Assembly: GCA_964647565.1 (NCBI GenBank)
Contig: CAZYIM010000016.1
Location: 1-57,539 of the forward strand
DNA length: 57,539 bases
From: an uncultured Methanosarcinales archaeon
GTDB lineage: Archaea > Nanobdellota > Nanobdellia > Woesearchaeales > CAZYIM01
Direction of reading: 5' to 3'
In this document: piece by piece, positions 8,915 to 17,794 of the stretch
Numbering within the stretch: the stretch's first letter is position 1
Layout of the letters: the number at the start of each line of letters is the position of its first letter
Translations under genes and position numbers: made by a program
Notes under the pieces: generated by a model
What the model saw: the letters and a program-made list of their open reading frames with translations, nothing else
Database searches by the model: none
What the model was told of the DNA's origin: nothing

Positions 8915-8936
8915 ACATACATAGAATTATGTATGG
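8911..8936. promoter_or_regulatory. Inverted-repeat operator candidate
   Basis: CATACATA-gaat-TATGTATG (8916-8935); also CCATACATA-N8-TATGTATGG. Lies between the TATA box and the RHH start codon. Confidence 0.6.
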
Positions 8937-8938
8937 GC

Positions 8939-8953
8939 TTTATATATTTTTCG
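8939..8953 (-). promoter_or_regulatory. BRE/TATA promoter of the RHH-cysD-cysN operon (leaderless)
   Basis: Minus strand CGAAAAATATATAAA, 24 nt upstream of ATG 8914; identical 15-mer upstream of aglB. Confidence 0.75.
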
Positions 8954-9002
8954 AAATTAACAAAGAACAAGCTTTTTATACCCTTCTTATTTATTGGCCT
9001 TT

Positions 9003-10484
9003 ATGTCCTATACCAAAAAAGCGGTCAAAGGCTTTGCAATTGTATTCATAATAAGCATAATAGCTGCCTTTCTTGGTTATTTGATTAGGATAGTTATGGC
9101 CCGAAACCTGAGTGTTGAAGAATATGGCTTGTTTTTTGCAATGTTTACTTTGATGTCTTTATTAGCACCTTTACATAGCATAGGTCTTTCAGCGGCACTT
9201 GTGAAGTTTATTCCCGAATTTCTTGTTAAAAAACTGCCAAGGAAGATATCCAGTTCTATTTTTTTAGTCATAATATGCCAAGTAGGTACTTTTGTTGTTT
9301 TTTCTTTAGCTGCACTAGGATTATCAGGTTTTTTAGCTGAGCACTATTTCAAGACACCTTTGGCGAAACCTGCGTTGTTCCTTTTCATTGTTATACTTCT
9401 TTTTTCTAACCTACGTTTTATGGTAAGGAGCATATACCAGGCATTCCAGAAAATGACCACATATGCGGGTATGTATCTGATAGAGAATTCACTTATATTG
9501 ATTCTTTTCTTTTACATGCTTCGCGCTACAAGATCCATCTTTACAGCAATCTATTCCTATATAGGCGTCTACATTTTCATTTTTATTGTGTTCTCTATTA
9601 TATTTCTCAAGATGTTCAATATCTTTAAGTACAAGGGGGGATTAGACAAGTCTCTTGCTAAGAATCTTTTTAAATTCAGTATTCCTGTTGTACTGAGTGG
9701 CGTTGGAGGTACAGTGGTGGTTTACACTGATACCTTGGTGCTGACATATTTTAGGACTCTGGCAGAGGTTGGCATATATAATGTTGTTGTGCCTACTGTC
9801 ATGATGCTCCAGTTCTTTGGTTCTTCTATAGCAAGTGTGATCTTTCCAATGGTCTCAGAACTATGGACCCGAAAGAAGAAAAAATTCCTTGAGTCAGGCT
9901 TGGAGATACTTGAAAAATATACATTTGTAATGCTTATTCCAGCCGTCCTAGTTGTTTTTGCATTTGCACAGATAATCCTGAACCTTATGTTTGGTCCTGA
10001 ATATGTTAGTGGAGCTTTAACCCTGAAGATTTTAGTTATTGCTATTCTTTTCCTAGTCATGTATGCCATTAATTCGACTACTTTTTCAGGTATAGGCAGA
10101 CCTGAAATTGCAACCAAGATATTGCTGCAAGGTGCTGTCATCAATTTGGTTCTTAATATTTTAATAATACCTAAGTTAGGTATTGTAGGCGCTGCTCTAT
10201 CTTCTTTGATAACCTATCTCTTCATCTTTCTATTATCTGCGGTCAAGCTCAGAAAATTCATCAAAATAAAACTACCTTGGTTCAATTGGTTCAAGATCAT
10301 TTGTTCTGGCTTGGTGATGTTAGCCCTAATATTTGGTCTGAAGGCTTTGCTCGTGATGAATGTCTACCTAGAGATTATTATTTGTGGGATAATAGGAGGA
10401 TCGGTATATTTGTTCTTGATATGGATACTCCGAGTTGTGGATTTCAAAGAGGCCAAAGATTTAGCAATGCAGATTAGAAAATAA
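9003..10484 (+). CDS. Wzx/AglR-like oligosaccharide flippase (MOP superfamily)
   Basis: About 14 TM segments; ARNLSVEEYG, YTDTLVL..AEVGIY, LIIPKLGIVGAA. ATG 9003 preferred over TTG 8994. Confidence 0.9.
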   Translation: MSYTKKAVKGFAIVFIISIIAAFLGYLIRIVMARNLSVEEYGLFFAMFTLMSLLAPLHSIGLSAALVKFIPEFLVKKLPRKISSSIFLVIICQVGTFVVFSLAALGLSGFLAEHYFKTPLAKPALFLFIVILLFSNLRFMVRSIYQAFQKMTTYAGMYLIENSLILILFFYMLRATRSIFTAIYSYIGVYIFIFIVFSIIFLKMFNIFKYKGGLDKSLAKNLFKFSIPVVLSGVGGTVVVYTDTLVLTYFRTLAEVGIYNVVVPTVMMLQFFGSSIASVIFPMVSELWTRKKKKFLESGLEILEKYTFVMLIPAVLVVFAFAQIILNLMFGPEYVSGALTLKILVIAILFLVMYAINSTTFSGIGRPEIATKILLQGAVINLVLNILIIPKLGIVGAALSSLITYLFIFLLSAVKLRKFIKIKLPWFNWFKIICSGLVMLALIFGLKALLVMNVYLEIIICGIIGGSVYLFLIWILRVVDFKEAKDLAMQIRK

Positions 10485-10490
10485 AATTGA

Positions 10491-11972
10491 TTAATCCTGG
10501 AAGGTCTTATCATAACCTTCATCAGAACTCGGTACTAATTTCTTACCCTTCAGATAGTTGAAGCCTGTAATTGATGCAAATTTAATAAATTGAGAGATAG
10601 GCTTGTCAATAAACATCTTTACTACAAAACCTGTCTCAAGGTTTAGTAATTTCAAGGGAGAAAACATCAGGCCTAGGACTGGATGTTTTTTTAGATATGC
10701 CTTCTCTGTTTCAGATGCAACCCTTCTTCTTTGAGCAATCAATTCTTTGGTACTAAACTCTGAGATGTTGATGGTAAGATCCCGAGCATCTCCTAATGAC
10801 TCAAGAAACTTGTCCATATTCTTGATCTGATGTTTGATTTGTTCATATAATGGCGTGCCAGGATACGGTGTTGCAAAGAATGGTTTTGCAAGCAGACCGT
10901 TTCTCTTGCAGAAAGCAATAGTCTGATCAACATCCTCTTTATGTTCTCCAGGGTATCCGATGATGAAAGTTCCAAAGAATCCCATCTTGTTCTTTCTTAA
11001 AACTGCAATAGCATTATCCATCTGTTCTATCTTGGTCTGCTTATTCATCAAGTCAAGCACCCTTTGACTGCCAGATTCAAAGCCAAAGTTTAATTCTTTA
11101 CAACCTGCCTTTTTGAGAAGCTTGACAAGTTCGTCCGTTATCAGGCTGGCCCTCATAGACGTGTCAAAAGTAATGTTAAGCCTGTATTTCCTTAACAAGC
11201 TAATCAGTTCGCTAACCTGTTTCTTATTGAAGACAAACAAATTATCACAAAGCGTAAAATGAGTGACTTTATATATTTGATTTAGCCTTTTTATTTCCTT
11301 TACTACCCTTTCTAACGAGAATCTTCGGGGTGAATAACCGAACTGATGATAGCAAAAGTTGCATCTGAATGGGCAGCCTCTCTCTGTTAGTAAAGGCATC
11401 TTTCCTTTCAATGCATCAAGCAGCTTGCCAAGATTGAACATCTCCCAATCAGGAAAACCTATCTCATCTAGATTATGAATAGGTTCTCTTGGTGGATTGA
11501 TTACAGGTTTGCCATTATGCTTAAAGCCAAGTCCTTTTATCTTTTTCAACTCATTTAGTTTTGGATGCTTGTGGGTTTCTAGAAAGCTGAACAGTTCAGG
11601 AGCTGTTATTTCTCCTTCTCCAATTATTATGTAATCCGTATCAAGTCCTTTAAGAGTTTCTTTTGGTACAGATGTTGGGAGTGTTCCTCCCACAACCAGC
11701 TTGGCATCTGGATGAATTTCTCGGATATGAGGTATAAGCCATTTGAGATATTTGTAAACCGTTATTATACCTCCTGTACCTATTGCATCGCATTTGAATT
11801 TTTTTAGAAGTTCCAGTACCCTTTCCCTGCTATATCTGTGAGTATCTATATCCAATATCTTGACCTGATGGCCTGCCTTAAGTAAAAACTTGGTAATATA
11901 TGCTAATCCGTATGGAAACGTGGCTGGCGGATATTGTTCTCTTACAGGCGGATTTATTAACAGAATTTTCAT
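10491..11972 (-). CDS. Cobalamin-binding radical SAM protein (class B methyltransferase-like)
   Basis: KILLINPP..PYGLAYI B12-binding domain, IIIGEGE, RGCPFRCNFC, GFESGSQ, FIIGYPGE, TPYPGTPLY. Confidence 0.9.
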   Translation of the reverse strand: MKILLINPPVREQYPPATFPYGLAYITKFLLKAGHQVKILDIDTHRYSRERVLELLKKFKCDAIGTGGIITVYKYLKWLIPHIREIHPDAKLVVGGTLPTSVPKETLKGLDTDYIIIGEGEITAPELFSFLETHKHPKLNELKKIKGLGFKHNGKPVINPPREPIHNLDEIGFPDWEMFNLGKLLDALKGKMPLLTERGCPFRCNFCYHQFGYSPRRFSLERVVKEIKRLNQIYKVTHFTLCDNLFVFNKKQVSELISLLRKYRLNITFDTSMRASLITDELVKLLKKAGCKELNFGFESGSQRVLDLMNKQTKIEQMDNAIAVLRKNKMGFFGTFIIGYPGEHKEDVDQTIAFCKRNGLLAKPFFATPYPGTPLYEQIKHQIKNMDKFLESLGDARDLTINISEFSTKELIAQRRRVASETEKAYLKKHPVLGLMFSPLKLLNLETGFVVKMFIDKPISQFIKFASITGFNYLKGKKLVPSSDEGYDKTFQD

Positions 11973-11974
11973 TT

Positions 11975-12643
11975 TTATTTAATATCCCTTCCAAACTCTT
12001 CAAAGATGTGGTTATTGTCAACCGTTTCATCCTTATATAAGTAAATGGTGAACTCATAGGGCATATAATCATGACGTAGACAAACTCGTTTAGTCAGGAT
12101 CTTGCAGAAATTGAAAACCTTTTCAGGATTAAAATAATAAAGATTTTTATCCTTATAGTCGACGTAATCTGTTGTCATGTTAAATGCCAGGCCTTTGTTG
12201 CAGAGCTTGAACATCTCAGTTACAAGGCTTTTCATGAAACCTAAATTATCTTTTAATTTTGCATTAAACAATCCAGACGCAATAACATAATCAAACTTCT
12301 TGTTTAAGGATTCGTTTTGAATATCTACTACGGTAAAATCAGCTTTTTTACCCTTATGCAGCCTTTTCGCCTCTTTTATAAGTTTAGGAGATAGATCAAT
12401 TCCCAGGTATGATATTAGCTTATTATTTTTTCTTTCTAGATAATCAAATAAATGACCAAAACCACAGCCCATATCAAGAACTGACTTATCATTCAGATCC
12501 GCTATCTGGCAAAGAACTTTAAATCTTGCGTACTGCTGTTTCTTCGATCTCCAGCCTACCACCTTTATGTCATGACCTAGATCCTCATAACGTTTCTCAT
12601 AACGTTCAATACATGCTTTTTTGTTCTTTTGATCCATATTCAA
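11975..12643 (-). CDS. Class I SAM-dependent methyltransferase
   Basis: SVLDMGCGFG, YLGIDLS, FDYVIASG. Confidence 0.88.
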   Translation of the reverse strand: MNMDQKNKKACIERYEKRYEDLGHDIKVVGWRSKKQQYARFKVLCQIADLNDKSVLDMGCGFGHLFDYLERKNNKLISYLGIDLSPKLIKEAKRLHKGKKADFTVVDIQNESLNKKFDYVIASGLFNAKLKDNLGFMKSLVTEMFKLCNKGLAFNMTTDYVDYKDKNLYYFNPEKVFNFCKILTKRVCLRHDYMPYEFTIYLYKDETVDNNHIFEEFGRDIK

Positions 12644-13416
12644 CCACCAATCAACTTCAAGATATTTCCTGATAAAATCTTTGCTTTATCTTCTTGATTA
12701 TATTCAAAGTCATCTAAGATTTCCAGCAATATACTTATGCTTTCGGCAACAGTACACTCAGGGAAATCAGAGCCAAAGATTATCTTCGAGGCTCCGATTT
12801 TTTTTAATGCTGTCATGAATGCTTTTAAGTAATCGTATTTTGAAAATCTTATGAATGTCATAAGGGAATATGAAAGATCTAAATAAATGTTACTTCTTTT
12901 TGCTAGAGGAATGATCTTTTTGTGCTTAAAGCCGCCTGCATGAGCCAAGATGATTGGGAGTTGTTTGAATTTCTCTACAAAAGCCAAAATGTCCTGGACT
13001 AGCTTCATATCATCCTTTTCAGAGAACCAACAGTCAATAACAGCAGGCGCCTTACACTCTACATCTAAATATTTAAAGAATTTTTGCACTTCTGGATCTG
13101 TTAGCCTGAATCCTTGTTGTTTTGGATGAAACTTTAATCCCTTAAAGTTCATTCGCTTCATTTCTTCCAACAGTTGTTTAGCTGCATCCTTTCCGCCTGT
13201 TGGATCTGCAGATGCAAATCCGATCAATTTTTTCGGATATATTTTGCAGCACTCTGCAATAAAACTATTGGATACAATAGGGTAGATGGGTAGCACAACT
13301 GCTCTGTCTACACCTGCTTCCCCGATAGTCTTGATTAGGTGTTTAACACTAGCGTCGTACTCTTCCCCAAAACCTGTTACGCTTGGGTGGATGTGTGTAT
13401 GTGCATCAATTATCAT
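12640..13416 (-). CDS. Amidohydrolase_2 family metal-dependent hydrolase
   Basis: IIDAHTH, GLKFHP, ILAHAGG, IFGSDFP. Confidence 0.88.
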   Translation of the reverse strand: MIIDAHTHIHPSVTGFGEEYDASVKHLIKTIGEAGVDRAVVLPIYPIVSNSFIAECCKIYPKKLIGFASADPTGGKDAAKQLLEEMKRMNFKGLKFHPKQQGFRLTDPEVQKFFKYLDVECKAPAVIDCWFSEKDDMKLVQDILAFVEKFKQLPIILAHAGGFKHKKIIPLAKRSNIYLDLSYSLMTFIRFSKYDYLKAFMTALKKIGASKIIFGSDFPECTVAESISILLEILDDFEYNQEDKAKILSGNILKLIGG

Positions 13417-13428
13417 TTTTAAAACAGC

Positions 13429-14517
13429 TCATGCTAGTTTCCTATCCTGGCAACGATAGCAGAAGGGAACCTTATCATATTTTTGTTCTTTGATATCCTT
13501 AAACATGGTTTTGTAAGTATTACCTTGCCAAATCTCTTCTACAGTATTTTTTGAGACATCTCCAACACAGTTTACACAGTTATAGTCAGTTGCACAGATG
13601 CCTACTTTATTGTTGGAAAATATGTAGAAGAAGCCTCTGTCAACCCTTGTGCATACACCCATCATCTTTTCATCTTTTTTCTTAAGATGCTCATTGCTGG
13701 GGATTTCTTTCTCGCCTGCGAACGACTCTAATATGTTTATGCTTTTGATATCTGCCTGAGTATAACATTCTTCTATGAATTTCTCAACTTGATCATGAAC
13801 CTCTGGTTGATCTATTATCTGCAGTCGTAAGAATGGCTTTCTTCTTTTCATCTTCTTTTTCATTGCCAAAAAATCGTTAAGGTTCTTCATGACTTCTGGG
13901 AAATAGGACTCTCTGCTTATAATCTTGTGAGTCTTCTTATCAAGTGCATTTAGTGAGAAATTTAAATAATCAACATCTGATTCAAGTAATAATTTTGAAT
14001 TTTTTTCATCAAGGGTTGAACCATTAGTGCTTAACCATAGAGGGTGTATTTTCTTATACTTGTTCACGAATTTCAGCAGCTCTGGAAACTCTGGATGAAG
14101 CATTGGTTCTCCTATGTTATAAAGCCATAATCCTTCTATGTCATGCTGTCCTATTTCATGAATGATTTTCTTGAATATCTTCATACCCATGTCTTTTTCT
14201 TCTCGGGTGAGGTAGTTTCGAGGGCACATCCTACAGCAGAAAGTGCATCTGTTAGTTATCTCTAGTAGAAAAGCATTGGGAAATTTACTGGTGGGTTTTT
14301 TCATGAATCTAAGCCTTGCAGATTCAAGGTATTTAAGGCCAAGCTTCTTACCTGCAATATATGCTTCCGCGTTACGGATAATGTTGTAGTCATTATCAAC
14401 AAAGACTTTACTTACTTTCCCGGTCTCACGATATTTCTCTAGTTCTTTCTTGACTTTCTTTAAGTCAATCTTCTTAGCTCTTTTCAGTTTAAATATTCGA
14501 GTGTTTGCGTATTCCAT
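13429..14517 (-). CDS. Radical SAM protein with SPASM/twitch domain and extra N-terminal domain
   Basis: EITNRCTFCCRMC (CxxxCxxC), GEPMLHP, STNG; C-terminal C..VGIC..GDV..EIW..CYRC. Confidence 0.88.
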   Translation of the reverse strand: MEYANTRIFKLKRAKKIDLKKVKKELEKYRETGKVSKVFVDNDYNIIRNAEAYIAGKKLGLKYLESARLRFMKKPTSKFPNAFLLEITNRCTFCCRMCPRNYLTREEKDMGMKIFKKIIHEIGQHDIEGLWLYNIGEPMLHPEFPELLKFVNKYKKIHPLWLSTNGSTLDEKNSKLLLESDVDYLNFSLNALDKKTHKIISRESYFPEVMKNLNDFLAMKKKMKRRKPFLRLQIIDQPEVHDQVEKFIEECYTQADIKSINILESFAGEKEIPSNEHLKKKDEKMMGVCTRVDRGFFYIFSNNKVGICATDYNCVNCVGDVSKNTVEEIWQGNTYKTMFKDIKEQKYDKVPFCYRCQDRKLA

Positions 14518-14523
14518 GTAATA

Positions 14524-15429
14524 TCACTTCTTTTTTTGTGCATATACAACAAGTGTTCTGCCTATACCTAACTCATAAAATTTTTCATACATCTTTTCTT
14601 TAAGCATTTTTCCTTGTTTACTCATTGATAGGTTTTTTTCAAATAACACCCTTTTATTATGCTGTATAGGGCCTATTTTTGGATATTGGATATAGTCCTC
14701 ACCCATCAATATAAACATCTCAAGAGGAAAAGTCACTGTTGTATATAATATATTAAAACCTGCTTTTTGGAGCAAAATGTTCAGTCCTTTTGGTGTGAAA
14801 TAGTTAATATGTTCTTCACACACCTACCAAGCGTCCTTTTTACTCTTGTTGATGATTTGTTGTAACTGGTTGAAATCATTTGGTACATCAATGCAGATTA
14901 TACCTTTAGGCAATAAAATATCTCTCTCGATCTTCTTTAACAGACCAAGGGCATCTCTTACATGTTCAAGAACCGCACACATGTTGACTACAGCATACTT
15001 GTCATGTTTTGTAGATAAAAACTCTTTAAACGTTCCTGAGAATATGTTAAAATCGCTTTTTTTCAGAGCTTTTTCATATAGTTGTTTGTTAGGTTCAATT
15101 CCTGCAGTACACCAGCCTTTTTTCTTGAATAACCTCAGAAAATGGCCACTTCCACATCCGATGTCAATAATGCTGTGAGGCATCTTTTTCGACAGGAGTC
15201 TTCGAATGGTCGTTTCTTTTTCAGAGTTGCAGAAATCCAGGTATTCCTGCTGTTTAATCTGCTGTTTGAAATAATCCTTGCTTCTCTTGGTTTTGAAATA
15301 CTTTTTTTTATAATATGCATTTAGCTGTTTTTCAGTCGGTTGCGGGTGCTGATGAATGATTCCACAACTATTGCAGTCTATGAGTTTAATACTTTCTTTT
15401 TCGAGTATGATTTTTCCTTCGTGTTCCAT
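14524..15429 (-). pseudogene. Class I SAM-dependent methyltransferase split by an in-frame TAG at 14824-14826
   Basis: ORFs 14824..15429 and 14524..14823 abut in frame (KDAW*VCEEHINYFT). CxxC knuckle, IDIGCGSG, VLEH, DVPN and the HINYF motif form one 301-codon gene. Confidence 0.8.
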
Positions 15430-15444
15430 GCCTATACCTCTCGT

Positions 15445-16632
15445 TCATTCAATATTAAACTTAAGGATTGATTCAACCTCTTTTTCAATGCGCTTTAATC
15501 CTGAAAGATCGTCTGCTTTAGCTATAAACCAGCCTATCCGGTCATCTCCGCAAGTGTACTCTTTTATTATTTCTCCTGATTTGATGGTTAAAGTTAGTTC
15601 AATTATTCCAGGTAGGTCTCTAACTTTTTTCTCACCTTCTATGTTTTTCAGTTTTCCGGGTGTTTCCTTGAAAAAATAAAGTAATGATGCTTTCCTGTAT
15701 TTCGGAGTTATGTCAGGAACCTGACCCAGAGCCATGTTAATACAAGCTTTGACAGCACTGACTCCTGAAATTGCAGGAATCATTATGTCGAATATCTTAA
15801 AGCCACCCCCTCTTGCAGCGATCTCGACTATCCTTGCTTTTTGATCTTTGATTAGAAGCTCTGTGTGAGTGATTCCATTTTCCAGACCAACTGCATTAAT
15901 GGCCTTTTTGGTCTCTGAGATGATATTTGCCTTTGTTGTAGCATCATAGCTAGTTGGGTAACTTACTTTGATGTCAGTCCTATAAGGCGGTTTGGTCCGG
16001 ATCTTATCACTGATTCCCATCACTTCAGTATGTCCCTTATACGTGAGGCACTCAACACTTACTTCTTCACCTTCAATAAAACCCTCCAGTATGGCCATGC
16101 CATCTTTGGATATTTTTCTGGCAGATTCAACTGCAGATTCAATATCCTCTAGCTTGTTAACTTGTCGTACCCCTCTACTTCCTGAGCCAACTGCGGGTTT
16201 GACTATTAAAGGGAAACCTGCTTCTTTTGCAAACGCCTTTGCCTCTGAGAGTTTATCTGTCCCCTTGAACAAGGGCACATCAACACCTCCTTGCTTTAGC
16301 TTTTGACGCATCACAATTTTATTAGTACATGCCATGGCCGTTTCAATAGAAAAACAGGATAGACCAAGTTCTTTACTAGCTATTGCAGCTGAAACAACGC
16401 CCACTTCGGTTACTACATTGAGAATGCCGTTAACTTCGTACTTTTTTGCGGTTTCAATAACTTTTTTTGGATCTGCAAAATTTGCAGCAACTCTAACATC
16501 CCCGACTTTTAAACCCTCAGCTTCGGGATTACCATCCATGACCACAGTCTTTAGGCCCATAGCCTTGGCTGTCTCAATCGTGGATATCTGTGCAGGTCCT
16601 GCGCCTAGGAGTAAGATATTCTTTTTCTTCAT
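15445..16632 (-). CDS. ATP-grasp ligase
   Basis: LLLGAGPAQ, NKIVMR, FPLIVKPAVGSGSRGV, EGFIEGEEVSVE, HTEL, VEIAARGGG. Confidence 0.9.
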   Translation of the reverse strand: MKKKNILLLGAGPAQISTIETAKAMGLKTVVMDGNPEAEGLKVGDVRVAANFADPKKVIETAKKYEVNGILNVVTEVGVVSAAIASKELGLSCFSIETAMACTNKIVMRQKLKQGGVDVPLFKGTDKLSEAKAFAKEAGFPLIVKPAVGSGSRGVRQVNKLEDIESAVESARKISKDGMAILEGFIEGEEVSVECLTYKGHTEVMGISDKIRTKPPYRTDIKVSYPTSYDATTKANIISETKKAINAVGLENGITHTELLIKDQKARIVEIAARGGGFKIFDIMIPAISGVSAVKACINMALGQVPDITPKYRKASLLYFFKETPGKLKNIEGEKKVRDLPGIIELTLTIKSGEIIKEYTCGDDRIGWFIAKADDLSGLKRIEKEVESILKFNIE

Positions 16633-16633
16633 T

Positions 16634-17794
16634 TTAAGTCCAGTCTTTAAGGCGATTTACAAACTCGTTTAAGTTTTCTCTAGTAGTTGCAAGGCAGATT
16701 CTGATGTAATGGTCACAATGACTTCCAAATGCGATGCCCGGTACTGTGGCGACTTTGCTCTTTTCAAGGAACTTGATGCAAAACTCCTCAGAACCCATGT
16801 TTTTAACAGGAATTTTTATGAATGCATAAAGTCCTCCTTGAGAGTCACACATATCACAATTCTTGATTTCACTTAGTTTTCTTTTAAGAAATGATTTGTT
16901 TTCCTGATAGAATTTTAAGCAGTTTTTGATAAAAGGAGCGCCATTTTTTAACGCTTCTATGCCTGCCGGCTGTAAAAATGTTACAGGATTTGTGGCTGAG
17001 TGTTGCTGTAATTTGGTCATGGATTGAATCATCTCAGGTTTTGCAATTGCATAACCTAATCTCCATCCTGTCATGGCATATGCCTTGGAGAAACCATTGA
17101 TCAGAACTGTGAAGTCGAGTTCAGGATCCAGTTCAAGCATTGAATAGAATTTATTATTGTCAAAAAGCAGAGTACAATATATCTCATCACTGACCAGGAT
17201 CAGTCCTTTTTGTTTACATAGATCTGCTAGGGCTTCAAGTTCTTCTTTGGGTATGATTCTTCCGGTCGGATTATTGGGACTGTTTATCATTATTACTTTT
17301 GACTTTTCTGTAATCTTTTTCTTGATGTCTTCAACATTGATGCTGAAACCTTTTTGTTCATCACATTCAACTTCCACAGGTACACCTCCTGAGATCTTGG
17401 TCATTTCAACATAACTTACCCAGGCAGGTGTGGGGATGATGACTTCATCCCCTTCATTGATTAAGCTCATCAAAACATAGAGGATGGCTTGTTTTGCCCC
17501 TGGAACTACGATGATATTTTTTTCAGCATCAAGGTCCAGATTGTAACTTCCATTAAAATATGCGCATAAAGCTTTCCTGAGTTCAAGACTGCCTTTACTA
17601 TGACTGTAGAATGTTTGATTTTCATCAAGTGCTTGTTTAGCTGCCAACTTAATATTATCTGCAGTTGGAAAGCAAGGCTCTCCTGTCTGAAGAGATATTA
17701 TTTTTTCACCTTTATTTTTTAGCTCTCGGACCTTATCAGACACCCCAATAGTTGCTGAAGGTTTTAACTTGGTGATTCTATTGGCTAATTTCAT
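16634..17794 (-). CDS. PLP-dependent class I/II (aspartate-type) aminotransferase
   Basis: GEPCF, GAKQA, INSPNNPTG, SDEIY, NGFSKAYAMTGWRLGY. Start at ATG 17794, ATGA-coupled. Confidence 0.92.
   Translation of the reverse strand: MKLANRITKLKPSATIGVSDKVRELKNKGEKIISLQTGEPCFPTADNIKLAAKQALDENQTFYSHSKGSLELRKALCAYFNGSYNLDLDAEKNIIVVPGAKQAILYVLMSLINEGDEVIIPTPAWVSYVEMTKISGGVPVEVECDEQKGFSINVEDIKKKITEKSKVIMINSPNNPTGRIIPKEELEALADLCKQKGLILVSDEIYCTLLFDNNKFYSMLELDPELDFTVLINGFSKAYAMTGWRLGYAIAKPEMIQSMTKLQQHSATNPVTFLQPAGIEALKNGAPFIKNCLKFYQENKSFLKRKLSEIKNCDMCDSQGGLYAFIKIPVKNMGSEEFCIKFLEKSKVATVPGIAFGSHCDHYIRICLATTRENLNEFVNRLKDWT

Noticed and set aside
100..14826. Genome-wide stop-codon reassignment suggested by two in-frame stops (TGA at 100, TAG at 14824)
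   Set aside because: TGA ends many full-length genes in ATGA overlaps (pseI, aldolase, gmhA) and TAG ends mtnP, ugd and cysD at their expected C-termini. The standard code fits.
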